From Candidatus Bathyarchaeia archaeon (GTDB lineage: Archaea; Thermoproteota; Bathyarchaeia; Bathyarchaeales; Bathycorpusculaceae): a DNA stretch of 42,179 nt. The position numbers were made by a program, and so were the translations under genes. The notes below the pieces were generated by a model. The model was not told the origin of the DNA. It did not search any database and worked only from the letters and a program-made list of their open reading frames with translations. The DNA lies in contig JAVZNT010000006.1 in the NCBI GenBank assembly GCA_038882655.1, positions 1-42,179 of the forward strand, given 5' to 3'. Positions 26,008 to 34,900 of this stretch are shown here, piece by piece. Within the stretch, counting starts at the first letter, position 1; every line of letters begins with the position of its first letter.

Positions 26008-27345
26008 ATGGTTAATTATCCAAAAATTGTTGTGTCTCCGCCGGGACCAAAAGCTAGAGAACTTGTGAAAAAAGATGAGAGGTTCATTTCGCCTTCTTAT
26101 GTGCGCTTTTACCCCCTTGTCATCGAGTCTGGCAAAGGTTGCATAGTTAGAGATGTTGACGGAAACGAATATATCGATTTTAACTCTGGGCTGGCATGCT
26201 TAAACGTTGGGCATAACCATCCAAAAGTGATCGAAGCTATTAAAAGACAGTGTGACCGCTTCCTCCATTATTCGAACACTGACTTCTATTACAATGAGGT
26301 TATTGCGCTCGCTGAGAAACTTGCGGAAATCACGCCCGGAAAATTTGAGAAGAAGGTTTACTTTGGCAATAGTGGGACAGAGGCTATTGAAGCAGCAATT
26401 AAGCTGGCAAAGTGGCACACGCGGAAACAGCTTTTCATAAGCTTCATTAACGCTTTTCATGGACGAACAATTGGCTCATTGTCTTTAACGGCGAGTAAGC
26501 CGGCTCAAAGGCGATATTTCTTCCCCTTAATGCCGGGCGTAAGCCATGTTCCATACCCGTACTGTTATCGGTGCCCCTTTAAACAGACTTATCCCGACTG
26601 CCACTACTGGTGTGTCGACTTCATAGAAGAGTTTGTTCTGCAAAAGTATGCGCCGCCAGAGGATGTCGCCGCAATTGTTTTCGAGCCAATTCAAGGCGAA
26701 GGCGGATATGTTGTTCCGCCGCCAGAATACTTCCAACGCCTTAAGAAACTTGCTGATAAATATGGAATTCTACTGATAGACGACGAGGTTCAGTCGGGAA
26801 TGGGAAGAACTGGAAAATGGTTTGCCATAGAACACTGGAATGTTGAGCCAGACGTAATATGCAGCGCTAAGGCTTTAGCTTCCGGGCTGCCTCTAGGCGC
26901 CACTATTGCAAAAGCGAAAATAATGGACTGGGTGGGTGGCTCCCACGCCAGTACTTTTGGCGGAAACCCGCTTTCATGCGTTGCAGCAATAGCCGTTATA
27001 GATGCCATCAATGGAGAACGACTGTTAGAGAACGCCACCAAGCAGGGAACTTACATATTAAAGAGACTTGAAGAGTTGAAAAAGAAAAGTGAAATAGTTG
27101 GAGACGTCAGAGGCAAGGGCTTAATGGTAGGCGCTGAATTTGTGGAAGATAAGGATAGCAAGAAACCAGCGCCCAAAAAGGCGAATGAAATTATGATGAG
27201 GTCGTGGAAGCGTGGGATAGCTGTTATTACGTGCGGAATTTCAACTCTAAGGATTATGCCGCCCCTCAACATCACAAGGGAGCTTGTCGACGCCGGATTG
27301 GAAATAATCGAGGACGTTGTAAAGGAAGTTGAAAAGGAGAAGTAG
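26008..27345 (+). CDS. Class III PLP aminotransferase (4-aminobutyrate/acetylornithine family)
   Basis: DVDGNEYID, NSGTEA, FHGRT, EPIQGEGG, DEVQSGMGRTG and AKAL motifs. Confidence 0.95.
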   Translation: MVNYPKIVVSPPGPKARELVKKDERFISPSYVRFYPLVIESGKGCIVRDVDGNEYIDFNSGLACLNVGHNHPKVIEAIKRQCDRFLHYSNTDFYYNEVIALAEKLAEITPGKFEKKVYFGNSGTEAIEAAIKLAKWHTRKQLFISFINAFHGRTIGSLSLTASKPAQRRYFFPLMPGVSHVPYPYCYRCPFKQTYPDCHYWCVDFIEEFVLQKYAPPEDVAAIVFEPIQGEGGYVVPPPEYFQRLKKLADKYGILLIDDEVQSGMGRTGKWFAIEHWNVEPDVICSAKALASGLPLGATIAKAKIMDWVGGSHASTFGGNPLSCVAAIAVIDAINGERLLENATKQGTYILKRLEELKKKSEIVGDVRGKGLMVGAEFVEDKDSKKPAPKKANEIMMRSWKRGIAVITCGISTLRIMPPLNITRELVDAGLEIIEDVVKEVEKEK

Positions 27346-27361
27346 AGGCTAAACGTGTTCC

Positions 27362-27790
27362 ATGGAGATTCGAAAAATCACCATAGCCCACTACGAAGAA
27401 CTTGTTAACCTTTGGCGTCGGGCAGGATTACCCTTCAAACCACGAGGGAGAGACAGCAAAGAAGCTATAGCAAGACAAATGAGCGCAAACCCAGAATTTT
27501 TCTTGGGAGCGTTCGAAAATGGACGATTGATCGGCGCGGTTATTATCAGTTCTGATGGACGAAAGGGTTGGATTAACCGGTTGGCTGTGGACCCAGATTT
27601 TAGACGTCGTAGTGTTGCGAAAGCCTTGATAACAAAAGCTGAAAAAGTGCTTGAAGACCACGGTGTCAAAATTTTCTGTGCATTAATTGAGGATGAAAAC
27701 GAGGCTTCTAAAAGACTTTTCAAGAAATGTGGGTATGTGGAGCATCGCGATATAATCTACTTCAGTAAACGCGAATCTGACGGCATCTAA
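27362..27790 (+). CDS. GNAT family N-acetyltransferase (YpeA-like)
   Basis: DGRKGWINRLAVDPDFRRRSVA and N..S..LFKKCGY motifs. Confidence 0.92.
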   Translation: MEIRKITIAHYEELVNLWRRAGLPFKPRGRDSKEAIARQMSANPEFFLGAFENGRLIGAVIISSDGRKGWINRLAVDPDFRRRSVAKALITKAEKVLEDHGVKIFCALIEDENEASKRLFKKCGYVEHRDIIYFSKRESDGI

Positions 27791-28362
27791 AAACTTGAAG
27801 GCTTTGCTATAACCTCTTTTATTTTTAAATCAAAGAATCTTGCACTGTTGGCTGGTTGCATGCGCAATGCTGTGTCGGCACCTCTGCCAGTTCCAGCTAT
27901 GGCTATGACGTCTCTGTCCACTGGAATTAATCCAGCATCAGCAGCCATAAGAACAATTTCCACACACACTTTTGTGCCTTCACCCATAATCCTAAGAACA
28001 TTCGCAATAAGCTCTAGAGGCTGAAGAGTTCCAAAATCTTTGCGTATCGCCCTCTCAGCACTGCTGAGAGCATGTGTCCCGGTGAAAATTTTGCCTCCAT
28101 TGTTTAAGATTTCCTTTTTAAACTCACCTTTTAGTTCGCTTTCTCCTGGCTTTTTAAAACCAACATGGTGAGTTACAACAACAACATTGTAGTCGTTGAA
28201 AATTTTTGAGGTTTTAGCCCCCGTTTCGCCTGTTGTTGATGCAACAACTATATCCTTTATGTCTTCTTTCTCTGCATATTCCTTAACTATATCCAACAGC
28301 GTGTCCGTGTTAACTTTTCCAGCACTTTTGAAATAGGCAACTTTTCTTTCAGCATAGCTCAT
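27787..28362 (-). CDS. Stand-alone pyruvate kinase C-terminal alpha/beta domain protein (MTH1675-like)
   Basis: YF..G..NT, IVVASTTGETG, VVVTHH.GF, GTKVCVEIVLMAADAG and GTGRGADTA motifs. Confidence 0.88.
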   Translation of the reverse strand: MSYAERKVAYFKSAGKVNTDTLLDIVKEYAEKEDIKDIVVASTTGETGAKTSKIFNDYNVVVVTHHVGFKKPGESELKGEFKKEILNNGGKIFTGTHALSSAERAIRKDFGTLQPLELIANVLRIMGEGTKVCVEIVLMAADAGLIPVDRDVIAIAGTGRGADTALRMQPANSARFFDLKIKEVIAKPSSF

Positions 28363-28394
28363 TTTATCTCACCCTAAACCGCTTTACTCTTTTG

Positions 28395-28919
28395 TTATGT
28401 TTCTCTTAACGGTTTCCTTTTAAGCTCTGTGCCGCAGACTTGGCATCTTTTTGGCTTATAGTCTGATGGATATTTTCTGCGACATGCGGGACAGTACCTT
28501 ATCCATTTCAGCATTTTGCGTATTCCAAAAGTTGCAAGGGATGCAAATTCTATCCCTAAATATCTGGCCACATTTTGAATGGAATAATCGTCCGTAGCCA
28601 CTAGCGGTGTGCAGCCTTGCATTTTCAGCTGTAATGCCAAAGCCAAAACTTGTATGTCTGTTTCAGAAAGCCCGAAAACATCACCAACAGCTTCAGCCGA
28701 CGCCTTAACCTTGTCGATAAAAACTTTTTCCGGTATCTGAATTTTTAGGCGCCCGCTGTCGGTGGCTGTTTTGAACCTTATTCGGGCTATGCGGCTTCCC
28801 GCTACCTCATCCCTAACCATTGGAATCGTATACTGCTCCTCGCTTATCGAAAATGGGTCAAAACCAGCCACAAAAGCCGAAGTGTCTAAAACAACAACCT
28901 TTTTGCCAGCGGCCGCCGT
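28395..28919 (-). CDS. nob1: Nob1 endonuclease (PIN domain plus zinc ribbon); apparent non-canonical start
   Basis: The frame extends upstream of the track's GTG as T-A-A-A-G-K-K-V-V-V-L-D-T-S-A-F. LSETD, TDDYSIQNVA, CPAC and CQVCG motifs are present. Proposed start is ACG at 28919. Confidence 0.88.
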   Translation of the reverse strand, partial: TAAAGKKVVVLDTSAFVAGFDPFSISEEQYTIPMVRDEVAGSRIARIRFKTATDSGRLKIQIPEKVFIDKVKASAEAVGDVFGLSETDIQVLALALQLKMQGCTPLVATDDYSIQNVARYLGIEFASLATFGIRKMLKWIRYCPACRRKYPSDYKPKRCQVCGTELKRKPLRET

Positions 28920-29767
28920 TAGACTCCTCCTCCAAACCCGCGAAAGATAAGCCTACTTCTCAAGCGGTTATAGAAGTTTTCGTGAAACCTAAGAAAAGTT
29001 GTTACATTCCGTGAACGCGTAACCGTTATACATGGATTTTTGGACTCTAAAACATGCTTATATGCTCCATCAACAACAACTTTTATCCTTTTAGGCCTTA
29101 AAACGGTCACGGTGATTTTTGAGTCGCTTGGGAAGACTATTGAGCGTAAAACGCTTAGGGAGCATATGGGTGTTAAAACAAAAGCATCAACATTTGGGTC
29201 TAGAACGGGGCCTCCGGCTGAAAGTGAGTAGCCTGTTGATCCGGTTTGAGTGGCTACCATTAACCCATCTGCTTGACAGTCTAAAACGTGCTCGCCGTTT
29301 TTTGAAACTCTGGCATATAACAGTTTTACCGGTTCGTCTACAGCTATAAGCACCTCGTTTAACGCATCTGGAAGTTTTGCTTTGTCCGCTGTTACGGCGA
29401 GTTTTGCACATTTTTCCGTTATGTAGTTGCCTCTAAGGCATTTTTCGACGGCATTGTAAGCCTCTTTTGGCGTGACTTCTGTTAAAAAGCCTCGGACGCC
29501 CATATTTATTGCCAATATTGGTGGTTCCGGCTTTGGAATTGCGGCACATGTCCTTAAAATTGTTCCATCTCCACCAATCGTTATTATTAGGTCTGTTTTC
29601 ATGTCTTCCAGCGGGCGGAAGTTTCCCCATTTCTTCACCTTTCCTTTCAGTGTTTCTTCGATATATACCTCTAAACCTCTTTTCACTATGTATGCCGCTA
29701 GGTCTTCTGCGAGTTTTATGGCGTTTGCCTTGTCATAGCGGGCTATTATGCCGGCGCTTTTGAACAT
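28919..29767 (-). CDS. nadK: NAD(+) kinase
   Basis: GGDGTIL, NMGVRGFL, ALNE, DGLMVATQTGSTGYSLSAGGP motifs. Confidence 0.96.
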   Translation of the reverse strand: MFKSAGIIARYDKANAIKLAEDLAAYIVKRGLEVYIEETLKGKVKKWGNFRPLEDMKTDLIITIGGDGTILRTCAAIPKPEPPILAINMGVRGFLTEVTPKEAYNAVEKCLRGNYITEKCAKLAVTADKAKLPDALNEVLIAVDEPVKLLYARVSKNGEHVLDCQADGLMVATQTGSTGYSLSAGGPVLDPNVDAFVLTPICSLSVLRSIVFPSDSKITVTVLRPKRIKVVVDGAYKHVLESKNPCITVTRSRNVTTFLRFHENFYNRLRSRLIFRGFGGGV

Positions 29768-29859
29768 TTTCCTCCCTTCGACAGCGAAATCTTTAAACTC
29801 AACTTATATATGGGTGTTGTTTAAAACTGCTGTGGTGAAGCGTTTAAGCTGGTGATAAT

Positions 29860-30252
29860 GTGAGTAAGCCTGTTGATGTTGGAAGCCTCCGGGAAGGCGG
29901 CTACCTCATAGTTGATGGTGAACCATGCAAAATAGTCGAGATAACAAAATCTAAGCCGGGAAAGCACGGCTCGGCTAAGGCGCGGATAGTTGCCATAGGC
30001 GTCTTCGACGGCGTCAAAAGAAGCATTGTTAAACCAGTGGATGCAACAGCTGAAGTGCCAATAATTGAAAAAAGAAGCGGGCAAATTTTCGCTGTCACAC
30101 CTACAAGCGTCCAAATTATGGATTTGGAAACGTATGAATATTTGGATGCGCCATACCCTGAGGAAGAAGAGCTTAAGGCTAAGCTGGCTCCCGGTGTTGA
30201 GATAGAGTATTGGAAGATACTTGGCAAAGTTAAAATTGTGAGAACAAAATAG
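29860..30252 (+). CDS. eif5a: Translation factor aIF5A
   Basis: Hypusine-site motif SKPGKHGSAKAR and QIMDLETYE. Confidence 0.97.
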   Translation: MSKPVDVGSLREGGYLIVDGEPCKIVEITKSKPGKHGSAKARIVAIGVFDGVKRSIVKPVDATAEVPIIEKRSGQIFAVTPTSVQIMDLETYEYLDAPYPEEEELKAKLAPGVEIEYWKILGKVKIVRTK

Positions 30253-30284
30253 CCTTGTTCGGGTTACTTTAAACGATTTGTGAA

Positions 30285-30497
30285 CTACCGCCACCATTCC
30301 CAGTCAAGCTTTTTGAAGCCTACATATAGAATTAGGAGGATGACACCCCAGCTTAGGGCTATTGCTGCTGCTTCAAGGATTATGTTTCCGCTTAGGTAAG
30401 TGTAGCTTGCCCAAGCGCTTAATCCGCATAAACCTACAAGAATTAGGATGAACATGGCGAATTGTATTGCCCTTTCTGCGGTCAAATAGGCCACCAA
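30285..30497 (-). CDS. Small two-TM membrane protein of unknown function
   Basis: 70 aa with two hydrophobic helices and a KKLDWEWWR tail; fills the intergenic space. Confidence 0.6.
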   Translation of the reverse strand: MVAYLTAERAIQFAMFILILVGLCGLSAWASYTYLSGNIILEAAAIALSWGVILLILYVGFKKLDWEWWR

Positions 30498-30574
30498 CTA
30501 AACCTAAAGTTTTAGCTACTTTTTGTTTTAAGGTTTTTCATTAAGCTTATTTGGCTGTTTCGCTTTTACCTTTT

Positions 30575-30639
30575 TGAAGCCGATGATGCAAGAAGAGCCG
30601 TCTGAATTGTGACGACGTTTGAGGAGAGCTGAGGCTTCA
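30575..30639 (+). ncRNA. Box C/D methylation-guide sRNA
   Basis: Terminal 7-bp stem TGAAGCC/GGCTTCA; box C ATGATGC (30583-30589); guide AAGAAGAGCCGT; D' CTGA (30602-30605); C' GTGACGA (30609-30615); guide CGTTTGAGGAGAG; D CTGA (30629-30632). Confidence 0.9.
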
Positions 30640-31092
30640 TTCTATCGGAATTTCGTACTCATGCTTTCTCGGCAAATGAATTTCTAATATGCCTCTCTTA
30701 AATCGGATTTCCATACGGTCCATGTAGACGGGCACTGGAATCCGCGTTTGGCACTGAAACTTTTGAAACTCGCCCCTGTGGTGGGTTATGCCGAAATCGT
30801 CAAATCTTATTTTACGCCTCATTTTCGCCGAAACCTCGAGAGTGTCTCTGCTGATGGGTTTAACCTCTATTGTGTTCTGCTCAGCGTAGGGCAAGTCAAC
30901 AGTCACTATGACTTCGTCGGCAGTCACTATAATGTCTCTTAATGGTTCCATGGTGCAAGTCCTACAGTTCCAGCTGGGCCTCTCAATTATGGTTTCTCTC
31001 ACTCTTTCAGCCCAAGCTTCAAAGTTTTCAAAATACTCGTCTATTATATCGAAGATTGAGCGTCTTCTGCGATTGTAATCTGACACTTTCAT
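30637..31092 (-). CDS. Small heat shock protein (Hsp20/alpha-crystallin)
   Basis: EPLRDI..VIVTVDLP, FKRGILEIHLPR and C-terminal IPIE (IxI motif). Confidence 0.9.
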   Translation of the reverse strand: MKVSDYNRRRRSIFDIIDEYFENFEAWAERVRETIIERPSWNCRTCTMEPLRDIIVTADEVIVTVDLPYAEQNTIEVKPISRDTLEVSAKMRRKIRFDDFGITHHRGEFQKFQCQTRIPVPVYMDRMEIRFKRGILEIHLPRKHEYEIPIE

Positions 31093-31099
31093 CAGCCCC

Positions 31100-31846
31100 C
31101 TACGAAATGTATAGTGGTATGTCGTATTCCTGTGTCTTACGCATTTTTGTCAGTTCCTGCTGGGTTCTTTTCATCATGTCCCTTGCCTTCAGGCGTATTT
31201 CCTCGCCTTTTTCTAAAAGCTTTGAAACGTTCACTTTAACTCCGGTTAGATTCGCCAACTGTTCCAGTGCTTTGGCTGCTGCTTCCGGGTCTGGGTAGTT
31301 GAAGAAGCACTGTGCCAAGAGAGTTAGAGCTGGCAATCTAAGGGTGGCGCAGTACTGGAGCATAACGGCTTGGGGGCCAACCATGTAGCCTTCCCTCAAA
31401 ATTTCCAAGCCCTTGTTCTGAATCATTTTCAGCGTTTCTGGGCTTGAGGCTGCCGCGAAAACCTTCAGTTCGTCGAGGTCTTGTCTGTCTTGAACTGGTA
31501 TGCCGCTCAGTGAAATCATAATTTTAACTTCTTTGCCTTTTCCCCAGTCAATCAGCGCATGCATTATTGGATAGATGAGGTCTTCTTGTAATGCCGTTTC
31601 TGAAACTGCTAAGAGAATTTGGCTGTTTCCAAAAATCCTTATGGGCGAGTGAGGTAGTCCCTCATGTAGGACTATTATTGGGGGCAGAAGTCTTGAATCC
31701 ATATAGGCGACCTCCTCCAATTCCAGTTCTGAAATTAGGTGGGAGGCTGCTATAACGCCGACGAGTCCCACGTCTGGGAAGCCGAAAATCATAACAGCCC
31801 CTTTTGGAATCTCCTTCTTCTCAATAATTTTGATTTCCTCGCTCAA
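31100..31846 (-). CDS. Proteasome assembly chaperone (PAC2 family)
   Basis: GFPDVGLVGVIA, PIRIF and YPDPEAA motifs; C-terminal LYIS. Likely TTG start at 31846. Confidence 0.9.
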   Translation of the reverse strand: MSEEIKIIEKKEIPKGAVMIFGFPDVGLVGVIAASHLISELELEEVAYMDSRLLPPIIVLHEGLPHSPIRIFGNSQILLAVSETALQEDLIYPIMHALIDWGKGKEVKIMISLSGIPVQDRQDLDELKVFAAASSPETLKMIQNKGLEILREGYMVGPQAVMLQYCATLRLPALTLLAQCFFNYPDPEAAAKALEQLANLTGVKVNVSKLLEKGEEIRLKARDMMKRTQQELTKMRKTQEYDIPLYIS

Positions 31847-31916
31847 AACCGATCCCTCTTGAAAATGTCTGTTTAGAAAATGTAAAAATCTTGCGGACAA
31901 AGAGTCTTAACAAGCT

Positions 31917-34031
31917 TTAAGGATTGTTAGCCATAAACTGCTCCATTCTTGCGAGGATTTTCCCTATCTGTAAATGAGCCTTCATCTCTTTTTGCCACTC
32001 TATTGGCAGCTTACGTTTGAATCTCCCAGCGGCACGTCTATCCATAATGACTATTATGCCCCTATCTTCTGGACTGCGTAGGAGTCTCCCGACTGATTGG
32101 GCTAGAGCGTTTAAGCATGGCATGTTGTTGGAGTATTCAATGGCTTTCGTTTCAAACTTCTCTTTGAAGTAGTTGTATAGAGCTGCTTGAAGTTCTGTCT
32201 TTTTTGGAAACGGCAACCCAACAATGATGACTGCGGAAAGTAGGCTTTTCCCCTCCATTGTCATGTCAACGCCCTCGCTTATTTTCCCTCTTGCCACACC
32301 GAAAACGACGCAGCTTCCGTTTTCCTGCAAGAACTTGAGAACTTCGAGAATCTTTGTTCTCTTCTCTTCTACTAGCAGTGGCTGCTCCAGCTTAACTATC
32401 TGGGCTATTTCTCTCATAACTTCATATGATGGGAAGTATACAGCAACTCTTCCGGCAACTTTTTGGATTATTTGGCTGAGGTGAGCTGCTATACGTTTCC
32501 ATTGTATTTCGTTGCGTTTCTCAAACTTTGTTGTCACCGCCTCATCCACAAGAATAAGCCTATTCTCCGGCGGGAACGGGCTTGGAAGTTCCAGGCTTCG
32601 GCAGCGGCTTCTGTCAAGACCTAAAACATCCACGTAATAGTCCATGTTCCATAAAGTGCCGGACATAAGTATGGTAGAGCGAAGCTCATTGATTATACCA
32701 GCTGCCAATGATGGATCGAGACATTTAATTCCAAGTCTGACACGTTTTTTCTGGTCTCTGTCTACTTCAACTTTAACGTATCGCACGTAGCTTGAACTGG
32801 TCAAGCTCGTCCAGTTAGAGAGAAAGTCTACACAGCGTGAAAGATTAGATATTGGGCTTTTCCCCATTTCACTTCTTTTGACGCGGATTTGTTCGCCCTT
32901 GTCAGCCAGTTCCTGCAGCAACTCGCCCAGTTTTTCATAACTAATCTTGAGTTTCTCGGTTAATGCTTTGATTAGCGCTTCTTGATCAATTATATGCTCA
33001 ATGTCATATCCATAGTTCCTATAAACCCTTTTTCCAAAATTCACCATGACGCCGTATAAAGCCTCCAAAAAGCCAAAGTCGTCAATATCGAAGTTTTTCA
33101 CTTCTTTGTAGGCTCTTCTAACAGACCTTGACGAGAGTTCTTCTGAAAATATGCCGCTTGCATAGTATGGTAGACTGTGAGCCTCATCGAAGATGCAGTT
33201 AATTGCCTTTGTGCGTATTCCAGCCTTTCCTAAAATTGAGCCTCGTATGGCATCCACCAAAATGTAGTTGTAATTACCTATGATGATGTCAGCGTAACGC
33301 GTTAGAATCTTTGTAACTTCGTAGGGGCATAGTACCGCATTGCAGCATATTTCATAAGTCTCTTCTGGTAGTAGAGGTCCAATCTTCTTTATTTTGCCCA
33401 CTAGATTGTAGGCTTGCCAGCTTGGTTTCCACCCATCATATGTTCTTTCATAGTATTCGCATGTTTTGCCAAACAAGCCTTCCTTCAAGCCCTTGCAGTA
33501 GTAGAGGAAGTCTCGGTAGGCAATATCCTTAAGCTTGGGGTCTTCGAAGGCGTGGGGGCACATTTCCTTTTTGCTTTTGAAGATGGATGCGGCAAAGCCT
33601 GCGCCACAATGGTCTTTTATGTTTTTCAGCTCTCTTGAGTAGATTTCAAGCTGATTTTTCGTTCTAGTTAGAGCTATAAGCCTTCCGATGGAAGTATTTT
33701 GTTCTCTAGCCGCGAAAAAGGCTGTTAAAACCGAGATGGATTTCCCAGTGCCGCACGGGGAGCAGAGCAAACCAATTTTTCCTTCCTTGAAGGTTTGGTA
33801 GGCGAATTTTATGGCTTTAAGCTGGAATGGACGAAAACTCTGGTATGGAAAGAATTCCTTGACCAAATTATCAAAGCGTTCTTCACCCTTTACAACTCCA
33901 TTTTCTATCGCAGTTTGATGCGCCATTGTCCTTACCAAAAAGGTTCCACAGTTTCCACAGAAATGGCTCTTCAAATATTCATTGGCAGAATAGGTTTTTC
34001 CGCATCGGCGGCAAATGTAAACAATTTCCAT
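31917..34031 (-). CDS. XPD/Rad3-like Fe-S SF2 helicase with extra N-terminal zinc ribbon
   Basis: Q motif FRPFQ, SPCGTGKS, Cys cluster (EMCP, YYC, TCEYY, LCPYE), FDEAH, MSGTL, FPSY, SEGVD and QSVGRLLRS motifs. Confidence 0.93.
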   Translation of the reverse strand: MEIVYICRRCGKTYSANEYLKSHFCGNCGTFLVRTMAHQTAIENGVVKGEERFDNLVKEFFPYQSFRPFQLKAIKFAYQTFKEGKIGLLCSPCGTGKSISVLTAFFAAREQNTSIGRLIALTRTKNQLEIYSRELKNIKDHCGAGFAASIFKSKKEMCPHAFEDPKLKDIAYRDFLYYCKGLKEGLFGKTCEYYERTYDGWKPSWQAYNLVGKIKKIGPLLPEETYEICCNAVLCPYEVTKILTRYADIIIGNYNYILVDAIRGSILGKAGIRTKAINCIFDEAHSLPYYASGIFSEELSSRSVRRAYKEVKNFDIDDFGFLEALYGVMVNFGKRVYRNYGYDIEHIIDQEALIKALTEKLKISYEKLGELLQELADKGEQIRVKRSEMGKSPISNLSRCVDFLSNWTSLTSSSYVRYVKVEVDRDQKKRVRLGIKCLDPSLAAGIINELRSTILMSGTLWNMDYYVDVLGLDRSRCRSLELPSPFPPENRLILVDEAVTTKFEKRNEIQWKRIAAHLSQIIQKVAGRVAVYFPSYEVMREIAQIVKLEQPLLVEEKRTKILEVLKFLQENGSCVVFGVARGKISEGVDMTMEGKSLLSAVIIVGLPFPKKTELQAALYNYFKEKFETKAIEYSNNMPCLNALAQSVGRLLRSPEDRGIIVIMDRRAAGRFKRKLPIEWQKEMKAHLQIGKILARMEQFMANNP

Positions 34032-34154
34032 TTGTTAAACTTCACTAATTCACTAGTGCCTTCTGTGGTAAAAGAAGTTTGCTCAGCAAGGCGCAGTGGA
34101 GATGTTAGGTTTAAGTTCTGCATGAGCCACTACTTTGATTGAGGCGTATGGGCA

Positions 34155-34823
34155 GTGTTAAGCGGGTTTAAGCCAACGGTTTTCGCCGATGTCCGCGAAA
34201 GCATGAATGTAAAAGACCATTTAAAGGAGCTTGGATGCGAGGTTGTAGAGAAGGCTTTAACCCCGGCGGACTATGTGGTGGCTGAAGACTACGCCATTGA
34301 AAGGAAAGAGCTCCACGACTTTTTCCGCTCAGTTTTCGACGGCAGACTCTTCGAACAAGCTGAGAGGCTTGCAAAAACTTATGAAAACGCCTACCTAGTT
34401 GTTGAGGGAGACTTTGTCAACGCTGTAAGGCATGTTCGCACTCCACAAGTCTTCTGGGGAGCACTTTCGAAGGTTATGGCTGACCATAACATCTCGGTTG
34501 TGTTTACTCCAAATGAGGCGCACACAGCCATGTTTCTGTATGCCTTAGCTAAAAAACTGCAAGAGGGGGAGAGGCGAAAAATAGCCGTTAAACATAAGCC
34601 TAAAACCTACACGCTGAGGCAGAGGCAACTCCTCGCTGTGCAAAGCCTGCCAAAGATAGGTCCAGAAAGGGCTGAAGAACTTTTAAGGTGTTTTGGAAGC
34701 GTGCGCCGCGTTTTCCAAGCCTCAAAGAGAGAGCTGCTGTCAGTTAAGGGACTTGGTGAAAAGACTGTTCAAGCTATAGTCGAGATTTTGGACACAAAGT
34801 ATCCCGGCTTAGAACAGCAATAG
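34155..34823 (+). CDS. xpf: XPF/ERCC4 structure-specific endonuclease (short form with HhH2)
   Basis: ADVRE, ADYVV, IERK..DF..SVFDGRLFEQ, LPKIG and VKGLG motifs. Confidence 0.93.
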   Translation: MLSGFKPTVFADVRESMNVKDHLKELGCEVVEKALTPADYVVAEDYAIERKELHDFFRSVFDGRLFEQAERLAKTYENAYLVVEGDFVNAVRHVRTPQVFWGALSKVMADHNISVVFTPNEAHTAMFLYALAKKLQEGERRKIAVKHKPKTYTLRQRQLLAVQSLPKIGPERAEELLRCFGSVRRVFQASKRELLSVKGLGEKTVQAIVEILDTKYPGLEQQ

Positions 34824-34900
34824 TGCACTCCACAAGCCCTAATATGGCGAATGTTTAAAGGTATTTAAGCGTGTAAACGGTCTTAAATCTGGAGAATGTC

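Noticed and set aside
25524-27790. GNAT near alba as the Alba acetyltransferase
   Set aside because: The GNAT is coupled to the aminotransferase gene and separated from alba by an intergenic region with its own TATA-like box. Nothing in the sequence supports the link.
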